11,814 bases of DNA, taken from positions 1 to 11,814 of the IMG/VR virus record IMGVR_UViG_2579778952_000005; one strand, given 5' to 3'. Positions 1 through 9,649 of the stretch are shown piece after piece. The notes under the pieces are model-generated. The model was not told the DNA's origin, made no database searches, and worked only from the letters and a program-made list of their open reading frames with translations. Positions within the stretch are counted from its first letter, which is position 1. Each line of letters opens with the position of its first letter. The position numbers and the translations under genes are program-made. This DNA is from a virus (Duplodnaviria > Heunggongvirae > Uroviricota > Caudoviricetes).

Positions 1-69
1 CCGCGCAGACGATGACGTCACTGCCCGGCTGTATGCGCGAGGTTACCGACTGCGGCCTGAGTTTTTTAA
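1..69 (-). CDS. insB: IS1 InsB' N-terminal portion (expressed as InsAB' by -1 frameshift); truncated by window edge
   Basis: Slippery motif TTTAAAAAAC lies on the minus strand at 61-70. The -1 frame from it reads [22 protein letters not shown], matching the start of IS1 InsB. Confidence 0.8.
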
Positions 70-318
70 ATGGCGGAAAATCGTGTTGAGGCCAACGCCC
101 ATAATGCGGGCGGTTGCCCGGCATCCAACGCCATTCATGGCCATATCAATGATTTTCTGGTGCGTACCGGGTTGAGAAGCGGTGTAAGTGAACTGCAGTT
201 GCCATGTTTTACGGCAGTGAGAGCAGAGATAGCGCTGATGTCCGGCGGTGCTTTTGCCGTTACGCACCACCCCGTCAGTAGCTGAACAGGAGGGACAGCT
301 GATAGAAACAGAAGCCAC
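43..318 (-). CDS. insA: IS1 InsA (transposition regulator, N-terminal part of InsAB' transposase)
   Basis: 91-aa [46 protein letters not shown]...HLKNSGRSR matches IS1 InsA as I recall it, at exact length, with CxxC...CxxC zinc-finger motifs. Confidence 0.95.
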   Translation of the reverse strand: MASVSISCPSCSATDGVVRNGKSTAGHQRYLCSHCRKTWQLQFTYTASQPGTHQKIIDMAMNGVGCRATARIMGVGLNTIFRHLKNSGRSR

Positions 319-351
319 TGGAGCACCTCAAAAACACCATCATACACTAAA

Positions 352-1479
352 TCAGTAAGTTGGCAGCATCACCTTAATATAAATCTGAGCCTGTTTGTAA
401 TACACGCCACCGATATTGTCTGCAGAGTTACGGCCAGTATCCTGAACATTAATGCCTGACAAAACACAACCAGAAGGTGCTCGAAACGTCCTGCTGTGCT
501 CGTTCCCGCCCGGGTTGTAAAACACCTCACTGGTATACTGAAAATTCTGTACGCCACCTGTTTTGGTCTGGTAGCGGGCATCAAAGTTTCCGTAGTCTGA
601 CGGTATAACCTGACGCCCGCATCGCCAGTTTCCCGCATCATCCATATACGCCTGACCGTCCGTACCATTATCCGTACGGCTATTATTTATCATGTAAATG
701 CCAAACTGCTCATTCCCAAGACCAGCCAGGAAATACTTTCTGTCTGCATGATCCTGACGCAGAAGCGCCTGAGCAGCATCAGTATTTATCCTGTTTTTCC
801 CGAAAATAACGTTGTTGTCACGCATCTGAATCCACGTTCCGTTACTGCTGTTAATCGCAAAACGGCCTGCAAATACATCTTCTGTAACATCCAGACCATG
901 TCCCATAGTTATGCGACCGGTCCTGAGATTAAGCGTAAAGGGGCGTAGCGGCCCAATATCACCACTCTCGCCCTGATTTTCCCGGGTAGGAATGAGGTGC
1001 AGACACTCTTCCGAACGACGAAAAATCAGACCAAAGGCTTCGTTGAAAATCCTCAGTGCATTAACACCACGGATTTTCAGCTCCCCGGTCATGGTGTCAC
1101 CATCACGCTGAACGGCATTTTTTGCCTTGTCCACCGTGGGTTTTAATCCGAGGTTTTCAACAGCCTCATCACTGTCTTCGACATCCGAAAGATTATTTTT
1201 TATCAGCAATGCCTCTTCGTTAATCGCACCGCCCACAAGTAATAATATGGCTTTATATAACTGGTCGTGTTCCTCTTTATTCAGTTTTATCCCGGCCTTC
1301 TCAATGACACCACCGATTTCCTCCTGAAGGGCATCCCACATGGCACTGTTCAGCCAGGTGGCATGACGCCCTGTACGAATATTCCCGTCAGTAAATCCGT
1401 TCTTGCCCGGGCCAAATTTATCTTTAACTGCTGTCGGAGTGTCAATTCTGTGCGTATTAAACCTCCCGTGAATGAAATA
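352..1479 (-). pseudogene. stf: Side tail fibre, C-terminal segment; 3' end replaced by IS1 sequence
   Basis: Frame is open from 1479 to the IS1 boundary at 373/374, then runs 6 codons into the IS1 IRL (VMLPTY) to a TGA at 352-354. Contains tail-fibre motifs AVQRDGDTMTGELKIRG and GNFDARY, similar to P2 gpH and lambda Stf-type fibres as I recall them. It is in frame with the upstream fragment but separated from it by TAA-TTC-TGA (1480-1488). First ATG is at 1341. Confidence 0.7.
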
Positions 1480-1485
1480 TCAGAA

Positions 1486-1794
1486 TTATGTCCTTGCCTT
1501 ATTAAACAATTCCGCTGTGAAAGTCAGTTCACCCTTTGTGAAAGGCGTTTCTCCGCCTGGCAGGGCCATAAAACTCTGTGAGACAGTCGTCCAGCTGTTT
1601 GTGTCGCTTTGTACGCCATTCTCTGTAATCGTTGCGCCTGCATGGCTGCCATTTTTCACTTTCCAGGCCAGGCAGTTATTGGGGGCATCAGCACCGCGGT
1701 AAGTGACCGAGGCCATAACAGCCACAACATCACTGTTGCTGTTATCCACCGCACCAAACGTGGCCTGTGCTGCATTCAGTGACGGCGAGAGCAT
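1486..1794 (-). pseudogene. stf: Side tail fibre, middle segment (frameshifted relative to N-terminal segment)
   Basis: 102-aa ORF whose start overlaps the stop of the N-terminal segment (TGATG at 1792-1796). Its beginning SPSLNAAQATFGAV continues the conserved fibre motif that the upstream segment starts (KGLVQLSSDTD), but in another frame. Confidence 0.6.
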
Positions 1795-2261
1795 CAGATA
1801 TCCGTATCGCTGCTCAACTGCACCAACCCCTTTTGGGTTGTGGTGGCATCCATTGTTCTTATGCTGTCGAAAATCTTCTTTACACTTTCTGCATATTCGG
1901 CTGCCGCTTCCGCATTCGCCCTGGCGTGAGACACCAGTTCCTCAAGGTGGATTATCACTTCAGGCCTGGCATTCTGCTCAGTGAATTTCAGTAAAAAATC
2001 ATTCAGCGCCCCAGGCTGAGAATCTTCGTAAACGGTGATGTCCCCTATATTCGATGGTGGATAACCATCAACCAACAGGGTGACGCTGTACTGTCCATAC
2101 TCAACGTCCATACTGTAACGCCCGGTTTCATCCGATCTGACTGAAGCTACAGTACTTGCCAGCACCGTGGTGCTGTGACGCCTTGCCGTCAGCTGAATGA
2201 TGCCATTCTGTATTGGTTTACCTGCACCGTCTTTCAGCACACCTGAAATCTTTACTGCCAT
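1794..2261 (-). CDS. stf: Side tail fibre N-terminal (tail-attachment) domain, 155 aa
   Basis: MAVKISGVLKDGAGKPIQNGIIQL...GRYSMDVEYGQYSVTLLVDGYPPS...ITVYEDSQPG closely matches the N-terminal domain of E. coli prophage side tail fibres (StfR type) as recalled. ATG at 2261 is preceded by GGGGAG. The ORF-track start at 2267 is a GTG two codons upstream. Confidence 0.8.
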   Translation of the reverse strand: MAVKISGVLKDGAGKPIQNGIIQLTARRHSTTVLASTVASVRSDETGRYSMDVEYGQYSVTLLVDGYPPSNIGDITVYEDSQPGALNDFLLKFTEQNARPEVIIHLEELVSHARANAEAAAEYAESVKKIFDSIRTMDATTTQKGLVQLSSDTDI

Positions 2262-2272
2262 ATTCACTCCCC

Positions 2273-2303
2273 AAACAAAAAAGGCACCATTTCTGGTGCC
2301 CTT
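2273..2303 (-). terminator. Rho-independent terminator between J and stf
   Basis: On the minus strand: stem GGCACC (2300-2295), loop AGAAAT, stem GGTGCC (2288-2283), followed by a T-rich run TTTTTTGTTT, immediately after the J stop codon. Confidence 0.6.
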
Positions 2304-2319
2304 ATCCAGGTTATAAAAT

Positions 2320-5300
2320 TCAACTGATACTGATACCTGCTGTTGATTTCTTCATCACCACAACCAGTAAATCGCTGATACTTGCTGTGGGATACCAGCC
2401 ATTTACCAGCCAGGCTGACACAGAAAATTCCAGCCTCATGTGACCGTGACCGGCAGGCATATCAATAACGCCACTGTAAATCAGCGTATTATCCAGCGCA
2501 GTACGGTTATAAATTTCAGCACCGTTTTTCCGCACTATCAGACGGCATGAGGAGTAAATATCAGTATGATTTCGCTCATGCTTAGCGCCGCTGAATGCCA
2601 CCGCCGGAATAACAATCTGTCGGTCAAACGGCTGATCGTCATAAATCCTGACGGTAATGGTCCCTGATGGCCACCGTTCCGGTGCACGGGAGTCCCGGGG
2701 GAAAGCTTTACCCACTGTTTTAACGAGATCGCCTTCAATCTGGTTCGCGGACAGTTTTCCCAGAACCCGGCAGTTCTTGTTAATCGTGACGTTGTTGAGC
2801 GTCCCGGCGTTCGCATTCACGTTACCGCTGATATCCGCATTTCTCGCCGTCAGTCGCCCGTCCGGTGTCAGGGAAAATGCCGGAGGATTGCCACCACTGG
2901 TAATGGTGGGGGCCGTCAGGCGTTTCAGGAACACGTCATTCATGAATATCTGATCACCCTGCGCCACAAACATCGGCGTTTCATTTCCGTTTGCCGGGTC
3001 AATAAACGCGATACGGTTAGCGGCAACCAGGAACTGGCTCAGTTTGCCTTCCTCCGTATCCTCCATGCTGAGGCCAAGCCCCGCGACATAATGTTTGCCG
3101 TCTTTGGTCTGCTCAATTTTGACGCCCCACATGGCATTCCATTTATCGTTGGCGTCCTTCCACTCTTTCGAAAACTCCTCCAGTTTGCTGGCGTTATCTT
3201 CCGTCAGCTCAAAGTTTTCCAGCAGTTCCTTGCCGAGATGCGTTTTATTGATCAACCCTTTATAAAAATTCAGATAACCTTCCGCATCATCGCTCGCCCG
3301 ACCAACGGCCTCCACAAATGCCGATTTACCAACGGTGTTCACGCTGCGGATATAAAAGTAATAATCATAACCCGGCTTAATATTGCTACTGGCGGCTATC
3401 CAGTACAGCGCCGTACCAAGATAACGCGCGCTGGTTTCAACCTGCCTGATATCGATAATCCGCTTTTCCGAGAACCAGAACTCAAACTGCACCGTCGGGT
3501 CATATACAGCCAGTTTCGGGACCGCTGTTATCTGAAAATACCCTGGTATCAGTTCAATAGTGACAGGCGCTGCCGGTGCCGCAATCCGGAACGATACCGA
3601 TGCCGGATCGCCCTGCTGCCCCCACGCATTTACCGCCCGGACCGTCAGCGTGTAACGCCCCAGCGCCAGTTGCCTGAAGCGGTATGTGGTTTCCGTCGTC
3701 CGGGCCGTGCTGACCAGCCGCTCACTGCCGTCATCCGCTGCCACGGTCAGGCGAAGCATAAAGCTCACGCCCTTCACCACCTTCGGTGTGTCCCATCGCG
3801 CCAGCACCTGATATTCCCCGCTGTCTGCAGTGACTTCTGCGGTCAGGTGCTGCACCGCTGGCGGCGTGACACCATTCACCGTGCCACTCTGTTCGCCGTC
3901 AAAGTGCGCCCCGTTATCCACGATGGCCTCTTTTTCCGGCACATGCTGCACGGCGGTGATGGCATACGTGCCGTCGTCGTTCTCACGGATACTCACGCAG
4001 CGGAACAGTCGCTGGCGCAGCGTCGGCAGCTTCAGCCCCCATACGCTGTATTCAGCAACACCGTCAGGAACACGGCTCACTTTTACCTTCACGCCGTCGG
4101 TGACGGACTGAACCTCCACGCTGACCGGATTGCCACTTCCGTCAACCAGGCTTATCAGCGTGGTACCGGAGGATGGCAGCGTGATTTCACGGTCGAGCGT
4201 CAGCGTCCGGGTCTGGCTGTTCACCGCCAGCACACGACCACCGGTGCTGATACCGGCATAGTCATCATCACAGATTTCAATAACATCGCCCGGTACATGG
4301 CGAAGCCCTTCTGCGCCGACGCTGAAATCCACGGTCTGCGTTTCCAGCAGTTCTGTTTTAATCAGCCACAGCCCGGCGCGGTGTGCCTGCCCCCGACTGG
4401 TACAGCCAAAGGCATCCATCTTCGTGACGTTACGACCGTAACGGGCAATGGCCTGCGTGTCCTCCACAAGCTCTGTCGCCGTCTCCCAGCCGTTATCCGG
4501 GTCAATCCAGTTCACCTCAACGGCATTATGGCGGTCCTTCAGGGCGCTGAAGCTGTAGCGGAACGGCGCGCCATCATCCGGCATCACCACATTACTGCGG
4601 TTATAGGTCCACACCTTATCTGATGGTCGGTCCTGCACGAACGTCAGCGTCTGCCCGTTCCATACCGGCATACAGCGCATCGCCGAGCAAAAATCACTGA
4701 GCACATCCCACGCCTTGCGCTGTGTGGTCAGGTACGCATTACAGGTAATGCGCGGCTCCGTGCCGCCAAAGCCATCCGGCACTGACTGGTCGCAATTCTG
4801 GCCGATGACATACAGCGCCCATTTATCCACATCCGCTGCACCAAGACGTTTCCCCATGCCGTAGCGCGGATGGGTCAGCATATCCCACAGACACCAGGCC
4901 ATGTTGTTGCTGTATGCCGGTTTAAACGTTCCGTCCCAGATACCGCTGTATTGTCGCGTCTGCGGGTTATAGTTCGACGGCACCTGCAGAATGCGCCCGC
5001 GCAGATGATAATTACGGCTCACCTGCTGGCTGCCGAACTGCTCCGAATCCACCTGCACGCCGACCAGTGCCGTGTTCGGGTAGCACTGTTTCACATCGAT
5101 GATTTCGGTGTATGACGACCAGAGCGTTTTGTTCTGCAGCTGGTCTGTGGTGCTGTCCGGCGTCATCCTGCGCATCCGGATATTAAACGGGCGCGGCGGC
5201 AGGTTACCCACCACCACCGAGGCCAGATACTGCGAGGTGGTTTTGCCTTTAATGGTGATGTCTTTTTCCGTCACCCAGCCACCGTTACGCTGTATCTGAA

Positions 5301-5715
5301 CCAGCAGGCGGACTTCCGATGGATTCCTGTCCCCCTTTGAGGTGGTTTCCACCAGTGCCTGCACACCGAAGGTAAAACGCAGACGGTCGATGTTTGCCGA
5401 CGTGATGGTCCGGGTGATCGGCGTATCATATTTCACTTCCGTACCCAGCACCGTCTCGGAGCCGGAGGATTCAAACCCCTCCGGCGGTGACTGCTCCTGC
5501 TCACCGGCCCGGAACACCACCGTGACGCCGGATATATTGGTATTCCCCTCACTGTCCAGCACCGGCGTACTGTTCAGCAGCACGCTTTTTAATCCATCCA
5601 CCGGACCTTCAACCGGCCCTTCGCTGATGGCATCGATCACACTCAGCAACTGCGTGGACTTCAGGTTGTCCTTCGCTTCGCGCGGGGTATGCCCCTTACT
5701 GCTGCCTTTACCCAT
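2320..5715 (-). CDS. J: Tail tip host-specificity protein J (central tail fibre), intact, 1131 aa
   Basis: 1131-aa ORF, within one residue of lambda gpJ length, lying directly downstream of I as in lambda. Identity rests on length and synteny; the sequence match to lambda J was not checked. Confidence 0.93.
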   Translation of the reverse strand: MGKGSSKGHTPREAKDNLKSTQLLSVIDAISEGPVEGPVDGLKSVLLNSTPVLDSEGNTNISGVTVVFRAGEQEQSPPEGFESSGSETVLGTEVKYDTPITRTITSANIDRLRFTFGVQALVETTSKGDRNPSEVRLLVQIQRNGGWVTEKDITIKGKTTSQYLASVVVGNLPPRPFNIRMRRMTPDSTTDQLQNKTLWSSYTEIIDVKQCYPNTALVGVQVDSEQFGSQQVSRNYHLRGRILQVPSNYNPQTRQYSGIWDGTFKPAYSNNMAWCLWDMLTHPRYGMGKRLGAADVDKWALYVIGQNCDQSVPDGFGGTEPRITCNAYLTTQRKAWDVLSDFCSAMRCMPVWNGQTLTFVQDRPSDKVWTYNRSNVVMPDDGAPFRYSFSALKDRHNAVEVNWIDPDNGWETATELVEDTQAIARYGRNVTKMDAFGCTSRGQAHRAGLWLIKTELLETQTVDFSVGAEGLRHVPGDVIEICDDDYAGISTGGRVLAVNSQTRTLTLDREITLPSSGTTLISLVDGSGNPVSVEVQSVTDGVKVKVSRVPDGVAEYSVWGLKLPTLRQRLFRCVSIRENDDGTYAITAVQHVPEKEAIVDNGAHFDGEQSGTVNGVTPPAVQHLTAEVTADSGEYQVLARWDTPKVVKGVSFMLRLTVAADDGSERLVSTARTTETTYRFRQLALGRYTLTVRAVNAWGQQGDPASVSFRIAAPAAPVTIELIPGYFQITAVPKLAVYDPTVQFEFWFSEKRIIDIRQVETSARYLGTALYWIAASSNIKPGYDYYFYIRSVNTVGKSAFVEAVGRASDDAEGYLNFYKGLINKTHLGKELLENFELTEDNASKLEEFSKEWKDANDKWNAMWGVKIEQTKDGKHYVAGLGLSMEDTEEGKLSQFLVAANRIAFIDPANGNETPMFVAQGDQIFMNDVFLKRLTAPTITSGGNPPAFSLTPDGRLTARNADISGNVNANAGTLNNVTINKNCRVLGKLSANQIEGDLVKTVGKAFPRDSRAPERWPSGTITVRIYDDQPFDRQIVIPAVAFSGAKHERNHTDIYSSCRLIVRKNGAEIYNRTALDNTLIYSGVIDMPAGHGHMRLEFSVSAWLVNGWYPTASISDLLVVVMKKSTAGISIS

Positions 5716-5775
5716 TCGTCATGCTCCATAAACGACAAAACCGCCCGGAGGCGGTTTCACATAAAATATTTTGCA

Positions 5776-6447
5776 TCATCGACCAATCACCACAACCTGA
5801 CCACCATCCCCTTCGTCTGCCGTGCTGATCTCCTGAGAAATCACGCGTGACCCCACGCGCATTTCACCGTACAGAACGGGCAGAACATTGCCCTGGGCAA
5901 CCATGTTATCCAGTGAGGAGAAATACGTGTTCTGCTTACCGTTATCCGTTGTCTGTGTACGGGGAGTTCTGGCTTTCGGTGCCAGCATCTGCGCCACACC
6001 ACCGAGCACCATACTGGCACCGAGAGAAAACAGGATGCCGGTCATACCACCGGCCCCAATGGCTGCCCCCCATGCTGCAAGGGTGGCTCCGGCGGTAAAG
6101 AATGATCCGGCAATGGCGGCTGCTCCCAGGACAATCTGGAATACACCACCTGACTTGGCCCCGGCGACTCTGGGAACAATATGAATCACAGCGCCATCAG
6201 GCAGAGTCTCATGTAACTGCGCCGTTAATCTGGACGTGCTGACGTCCCGCCCGGCAATCCGTACCTGATACCAGCCGTCGCTCAGTTTCTGACGAAACGC
6301 CGGGAGCTGTGTGGCCAGCGCCCGGATGGCTTCAGCCCCCGTTTTCACACGAAGGTCGATGCGGCGGCCAAATCGTTGCAAATCCCCGTAAAGGCAGATG
6401 CGTGCCATTCCCGGTGACGCCAGAGGGAGTGTGTGCGTCGCTGCCAT
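5776..6447 (-). CDS. I: Tail assembly protein I
   Basis: 223-aa ORF, the same length as lambda gpI, with a Gly/Ala-rich hydrophobic C-terminal half. Its start lies 103 nt inside the 3' end of K, the same out-of-frame overlap as in lambda. Confidence 0.92.
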   Translation of the reverse strand: MAATHTLPLASPGMARICLYGDLQRFGRRIDLRVKTGAEAIRALATQLPAFRQKLSDGWYQVRIAGRDVSTSRLTAQLHETLPDGAVIHIVPRVAGAKSGGVFQIVLGAAAIAGSFFTAGATLAAWGAAIGAGGMTGILFSLGASMVLGGVAQMLAPKARTPRTQTTDNGKQNTYFSSLDNMVAQGNVLPVLYGEMRVGSRVISQEISTADEGDGGQVVVIGR

Positions 6448-7088
6448 TTGTCGGTATACCTCTCTCGTTTACTCAGTTGTTCAGGAATATGGTGCAGCAG
6501 CTCGCCATCACCACAGTAAATGGCGGCATGATTCGGCACCGATGAACCAAAGCAGCACAGCAGCACGTCGCCAGGCTGCGCCTCTGTCAGTGCGACACGG
6601 TAAAAACCAGTCGCCTCCATATTGTCAAGATAGAGATTCTGACCGTTACGCCACCAGTCATCCCCGCGATGAAAATCCGGCATCTCAATCCCCGCCAGAT
6701 GATAAGCATCCCGGAACAGCGTGTAACAGTCCGTCACCCCGTGCTCAAAGCGACGCCCGGTGAGATGCGGCACACAGCGGAACTTGTGAATCGCCCCCCG
6801 GCAGACCAGCCACCACGGCAAATCACTCTGCACCTGCAGCCGCCGGTCAGCATCACTCAGCCAGGGCAGACCTCCGGGGTGGCTGTGGACCAGCGCCACA
6901 ATCTCACCCTGCATTTCTGCCTGCAGCCAGTCTTCCGGCGACATACGGAAATACGCCTCCGGCTCACCGGAGATATTCACGCAGGGAAAATATCTTTCCC
7001 CCTCCGGCGTGCTTACCACGAAGCCGCACGACTCCGCTGGCGCACATCGCCGGGCGTGCGCCAGAATCGCTGATTCTGTCTCTGTCAT
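6345..7088 (-). CDS. K: Tail assembly protein K (JAB/MPN plus NlpC/P60 domains)
   Basis: Contains a JAMM-type motif HSHPGGLPWLSDAD and an NlpC/P60-like Cys/His region (GVTDCYTLF, PNHAAIY). Start chosen at ATG 7088 (MTETES...). The ORF-track start at 7163 is a GTG overlapping L. The classical 199-aa lambda K would start at the internal M at 6944. Confidence 0.85.
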   Translation of the reverse strand: MTETESAILAHARRCAPAESCGFVVSTPEGERYFPCVNISGEPEAYFRMSPEDWLQAEMQGEIVALVHSHPGGLPWLSDADRRLQVQSDLPWWLVCRGAIHKFRCVPHLTGRRFEHGVTDCYTLFRDAYHLAGIEMPDFHRGDDWWRNGQNLYLDNMEATGFYRVALTEAQPGDVLLCCFGSSVPNHAAIYCGDGELLHHIPEQLSKRERYTDKWQRRTHSLWRHREWHASAFTGICNDLAAASTFV

Positions 7089-7092
7089 GGGA

Positions 7093-7716
7093 TTACTGCG
7101 AAAGTTTGTTAATGGAAAGGAAGCCGCCAAAGTTGCCGACGTTATTGCGAAACTTACAGCCACTCAGGCATTTGCTGCATTTATCTTTCGTGATATCGGA
7201 CGTCGGCTGGTCATATTCATCCGCGACAGCCGGACCGCTATAACCGCACTCGTCACCGCGATAGGTCCAGGTGCAGGTGTTGGCCAGCATGATACGTCCC
7301 GGAAAAACAGCGCCATCCGTTTCCGTCGGCGTGGACAGTACAAAGGAGGCACTCACCGCGCTCAGTTCGCTGCACTGCTCAATGCGCCAGCGGCTGATCA
7401 CCTCCTGCTCCGGATCGGCGTCACTGTTTCCGTTGACGAAGTTCACCGCATCCAGAAAACAGGCGTAAACCTTACGCCGGACCACCGTTCCGCCGACCAG
7501 ACTCTGCAGATCTTCCGCCATCCCGGTGACCATACCGTACAGGTTAGAAACCGTCAGCGTGGGGCGCGTACTGGTGCCTTTGCCATTCAGTTCAAAACCA
7601 CTCCCCTGAATGGGATACGGCTGATACTGTCGCCCCTGCCAGGTGACCGGCTCACCTTTTTCGTTCTGCTCATTACAGAAAAAATAACGTTCTCCACCGA
7701 CCTCTGTCAGGTCGAT
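7093..7716 (-). pseudogene. L: Tail tip protein L, 5'-truncated (lacks about the first 25 codons and its start)
   Basis: Frame reads [37 protein letters not shown]...MVTGMAEDLQSLVGG...CSKCLSGCKFRNNVGNFGGFLSINKLSQ, matching lambda gpL from about residue 26 to the end, including the C-terminal Cys cluster. Upstream, the frame hits TAA at 7726-7728 inside V-derived sequence. First ATG is at 7533. Confidence 0.85.
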
Positions 7717-8200
7717 TTGCCGCTGTTACCGTGCTGCGATCTTCTGCCATCGACGGACGGCCCACATTGGTGACTTTCACCGTGCGGGTGATCACTTCCT
7801 TCGCCGTCACCGCCTTACCGATACTGCTGACCCAGCCACGGAACACATCGACCGTGCCGTTCGGGAAGCGGATTTTATAGGCACGGGTATCGCCTTCATT
7901 AAACCACGCCAGCAGCGCCTGCTGCCCCTGCTCTCCGGGCATCCACGCCAGCGTGAAGCTGGTATCTCCGGCAGATTTCTGCCCCTGCCCGGTCGCAGTC
8001 CAGTCTGCATCTTCATCATCGAGATAGCTGTCGTCATAGGACTCAGCGGTCAGTTCGCCGGGCGTCAGGTCTTTAACTTTTGCCAGACGCGACCAGTCAA
8101 CGTCTGAAAGCGGATTCGCATAAGGGTCACCGCTCCCCTTATAAACCCACAGGGTGGTCCCGGCACCTTTCACCGGCATTGTAGGATTTGGTACAGGCAT
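7673..8200 (-). pseudogene. V: Major tail protein V, 3'-truncated (residues 1 to about 161, then 14 out-of-frame codons)
   Basis: [45 protein letters not shown]...RSTVTAA matches lambda gpV as recalled. After codon 7720-7718 the sequence becomes L-derived and the frame ends [18 protein letters not shown]. ATG at 8200 is preceded by GAGGA and lies 7 nt after the U stop. Confidence 0.85.
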
Positions 8201-8207
8201 AGCGTCC

Positions 8208-8603
8208 TCACATTTCATAGGTAATGACATAAGTCATATCGGCTGAACTCCACAGGCCCGCATCATCGTCGCGCCGGTAGTCATAGCCACTGACCACCAT
8301 ACTGGTGATCAAATCTGACAGTGCCGGGATATCGCTCATCACCGGATAAATCCGGGACTCCATCCACGCATCCAGCTCTGAATTCGGCACCTGAGCAGGC
8401 AGGAAAACTTCGATATGCAGCTCCGCCTGCCAGGTATCGCTGTCCAGCTCTTCGCCCGTGTATTCAGCGCCGGTGAGATAAACGGCAACTGCCGGAAAAT
8501 CCGCCTCATCAAAAACAGCGGGGCGACCATCAAAAAACGTCGCCCCGGTGTCATGCTTCTCCAGTGCATCCAGTACGGCTGCACGGAGTTCAGTATGTTT
8601 CAT
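8208..8603 (-). CDS. U: Tail terminator protein U
   Basis: 131-aa [53 protein letters not shown]... matches lambda gpU at the same length. Its ATG overlaps the upstream stop in an ATGA arrangement, as for Z-U in lambda. Confidence 0.93.
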
Positions 8604-9649
8604 CGCTTTATTACCATCCTCAGTTGATGCTGCAGCGCATAGCCCAGCTCTTTCGGAAGACGTTCACGCCGTATCCGCTCAATATTCTGTTTAAACGCCG
8701 TGGTCAGCGGCACCGCCATCGGGATTTTCACCACATCAATGGGGTAACGGTTTTTCCCGGCCACACGCTGCATAACATGCCACCGGCCGTTTTTCAGTTG
8801 CTGAATAAACGCGCCGGGAATACGACGGTTACCCACCACAAGCACGCTGCCGCCACCTTTCAGGGATGAACGCTGCCCCTTTTTACGACGCCTGCGGCGG
8901 GACAGGACAACCCGCGCATTACCCAGCTTGATTACGGGCAAATCCCCCCGGTTAACTTTGATTCTGGCCTGCGGATTTTTGACCGTGGCCCTTTTCAGCC
9001 TGGCCCTTTCCTTTACCAGTTTCCGGCGTACCTTTGTCTCACGGGCAACCTGTGACGCAGACTGCGATATCGCGGATGAAGCAACGCGGTTATCCTCATC
9101 AAAGGCAGCAAGTTCATCATAACCCGCCACATCCACTGACTTTTCACGGTAGTTTTTTGCCGCTTTACCGCCCAGGCACCAGAAGCCACGCCCATTGGTG
9201 AAACGCTTCATGGTGAGCGTGTTATCCCGGTGCTTTTTGCCATACCACGGGGCCAGCGCCAGCAGCGACGGAATATCACGAATAGTCGGCTCAACGTGGG
9301 TTTTCATAAAGTTCTCGGCATCACCATCCGTCGGCAACCAGATAAGGGTGTTGCGCTGCTTATGCTCTATGAAGTAGGCATAAACACCCAGCAGCATTTT
9401 GGAATAACCAACACGGGCAGACTTCACCACATTCACCTCGCGGATGTAGTCACTGCCCATCGCATTCATGATGGCCCGCTGAAAGGGCAGTGTTTCCCAG
9501 CGCCCTTCCTGGTATGCGGATTCTTTCGGGAGATAGTAACTGGCATCCGCCCATTCAACGGCAGTCTGTGGCTCCGGCCTGAACAGGGCTCGCAGCCCGG
9601 CGCGTACATCACGCCGCAGAATATCAATCTGACTGTTCGATATATTCAC
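8600..9649 (-). pseudogene. In-frame fusion: terminase large subunit A N-terminus (about 185 aa) joined to tail completion protein Z C-terminus (about 163 aa)
   Basis: Residues 1-185 (MNISNSQ...VVKSARVGYSK Walker A...DVAGYDELAAFDE) match the lambda gpA N-terminus. Residues 187-349 (NRVASSAISQSASQVARETKV...LRMVIKR) match lambda gpZ from about residue 30 to its C-terminus. GTG start at 9649 overlaps the Nu1 3' end by 26 nt, as in lambda. Confidence 0.85.

Larger units (their letters stand above)
1..373 (-). mobile_element. IS1: IS1 insertion sequence, left part (IRL to start of insB'); element continues beyond the window start
   Basis: Window 1-373 is the reverse complement of the IS1 left end. 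The terminal inverted repeat GGTGATGCTGCCAACTTACTGAT reads on the minus strand from 373 to 351, followed at the expected spacing by insA and the A6C frameshift motif. Confidence 0.95.

Noticed and set aside
70-347. ORFs 70..285 (+) and 135..347 (-) inside IS1
   Set aside because: They overlap insA in alternative frames or on the opposite strand. IS1 is known to encode only insA and insB'.
1127-1994. Several plus-strand ORFs (66-104 aa) antisense to the tail fibre fragments
   Set aside because: Overlap the fibre coding frames on the opposite strand. Cys/Ser/Leu-rich low-complexity translations.
2302-2330. TTATCCAGG... resembling the start of a Gin/Pin-type inversion crossover site (TTATCC...)
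   Set aside because: Only about 7 nt match. No inverted partner site or invertase gene in the window, and it sits at the J/stf boundary rather than inside the fibre C-terminal region.
3091-4623. 510-aa ORF on the plus strand
   Set aside because: Lies entirely antisense to J. Arg/His/Pro-rich, low-complexity composition typical of spurious antisense frames in GC-rich coding DNA, with no recognisable motifs.
7009-7773. 254-aa plus-strand ORF across the K/L region
   Set aside because: Antisense to K and L, whose products have clear catalytic and cluster motifs. No independent start signals.
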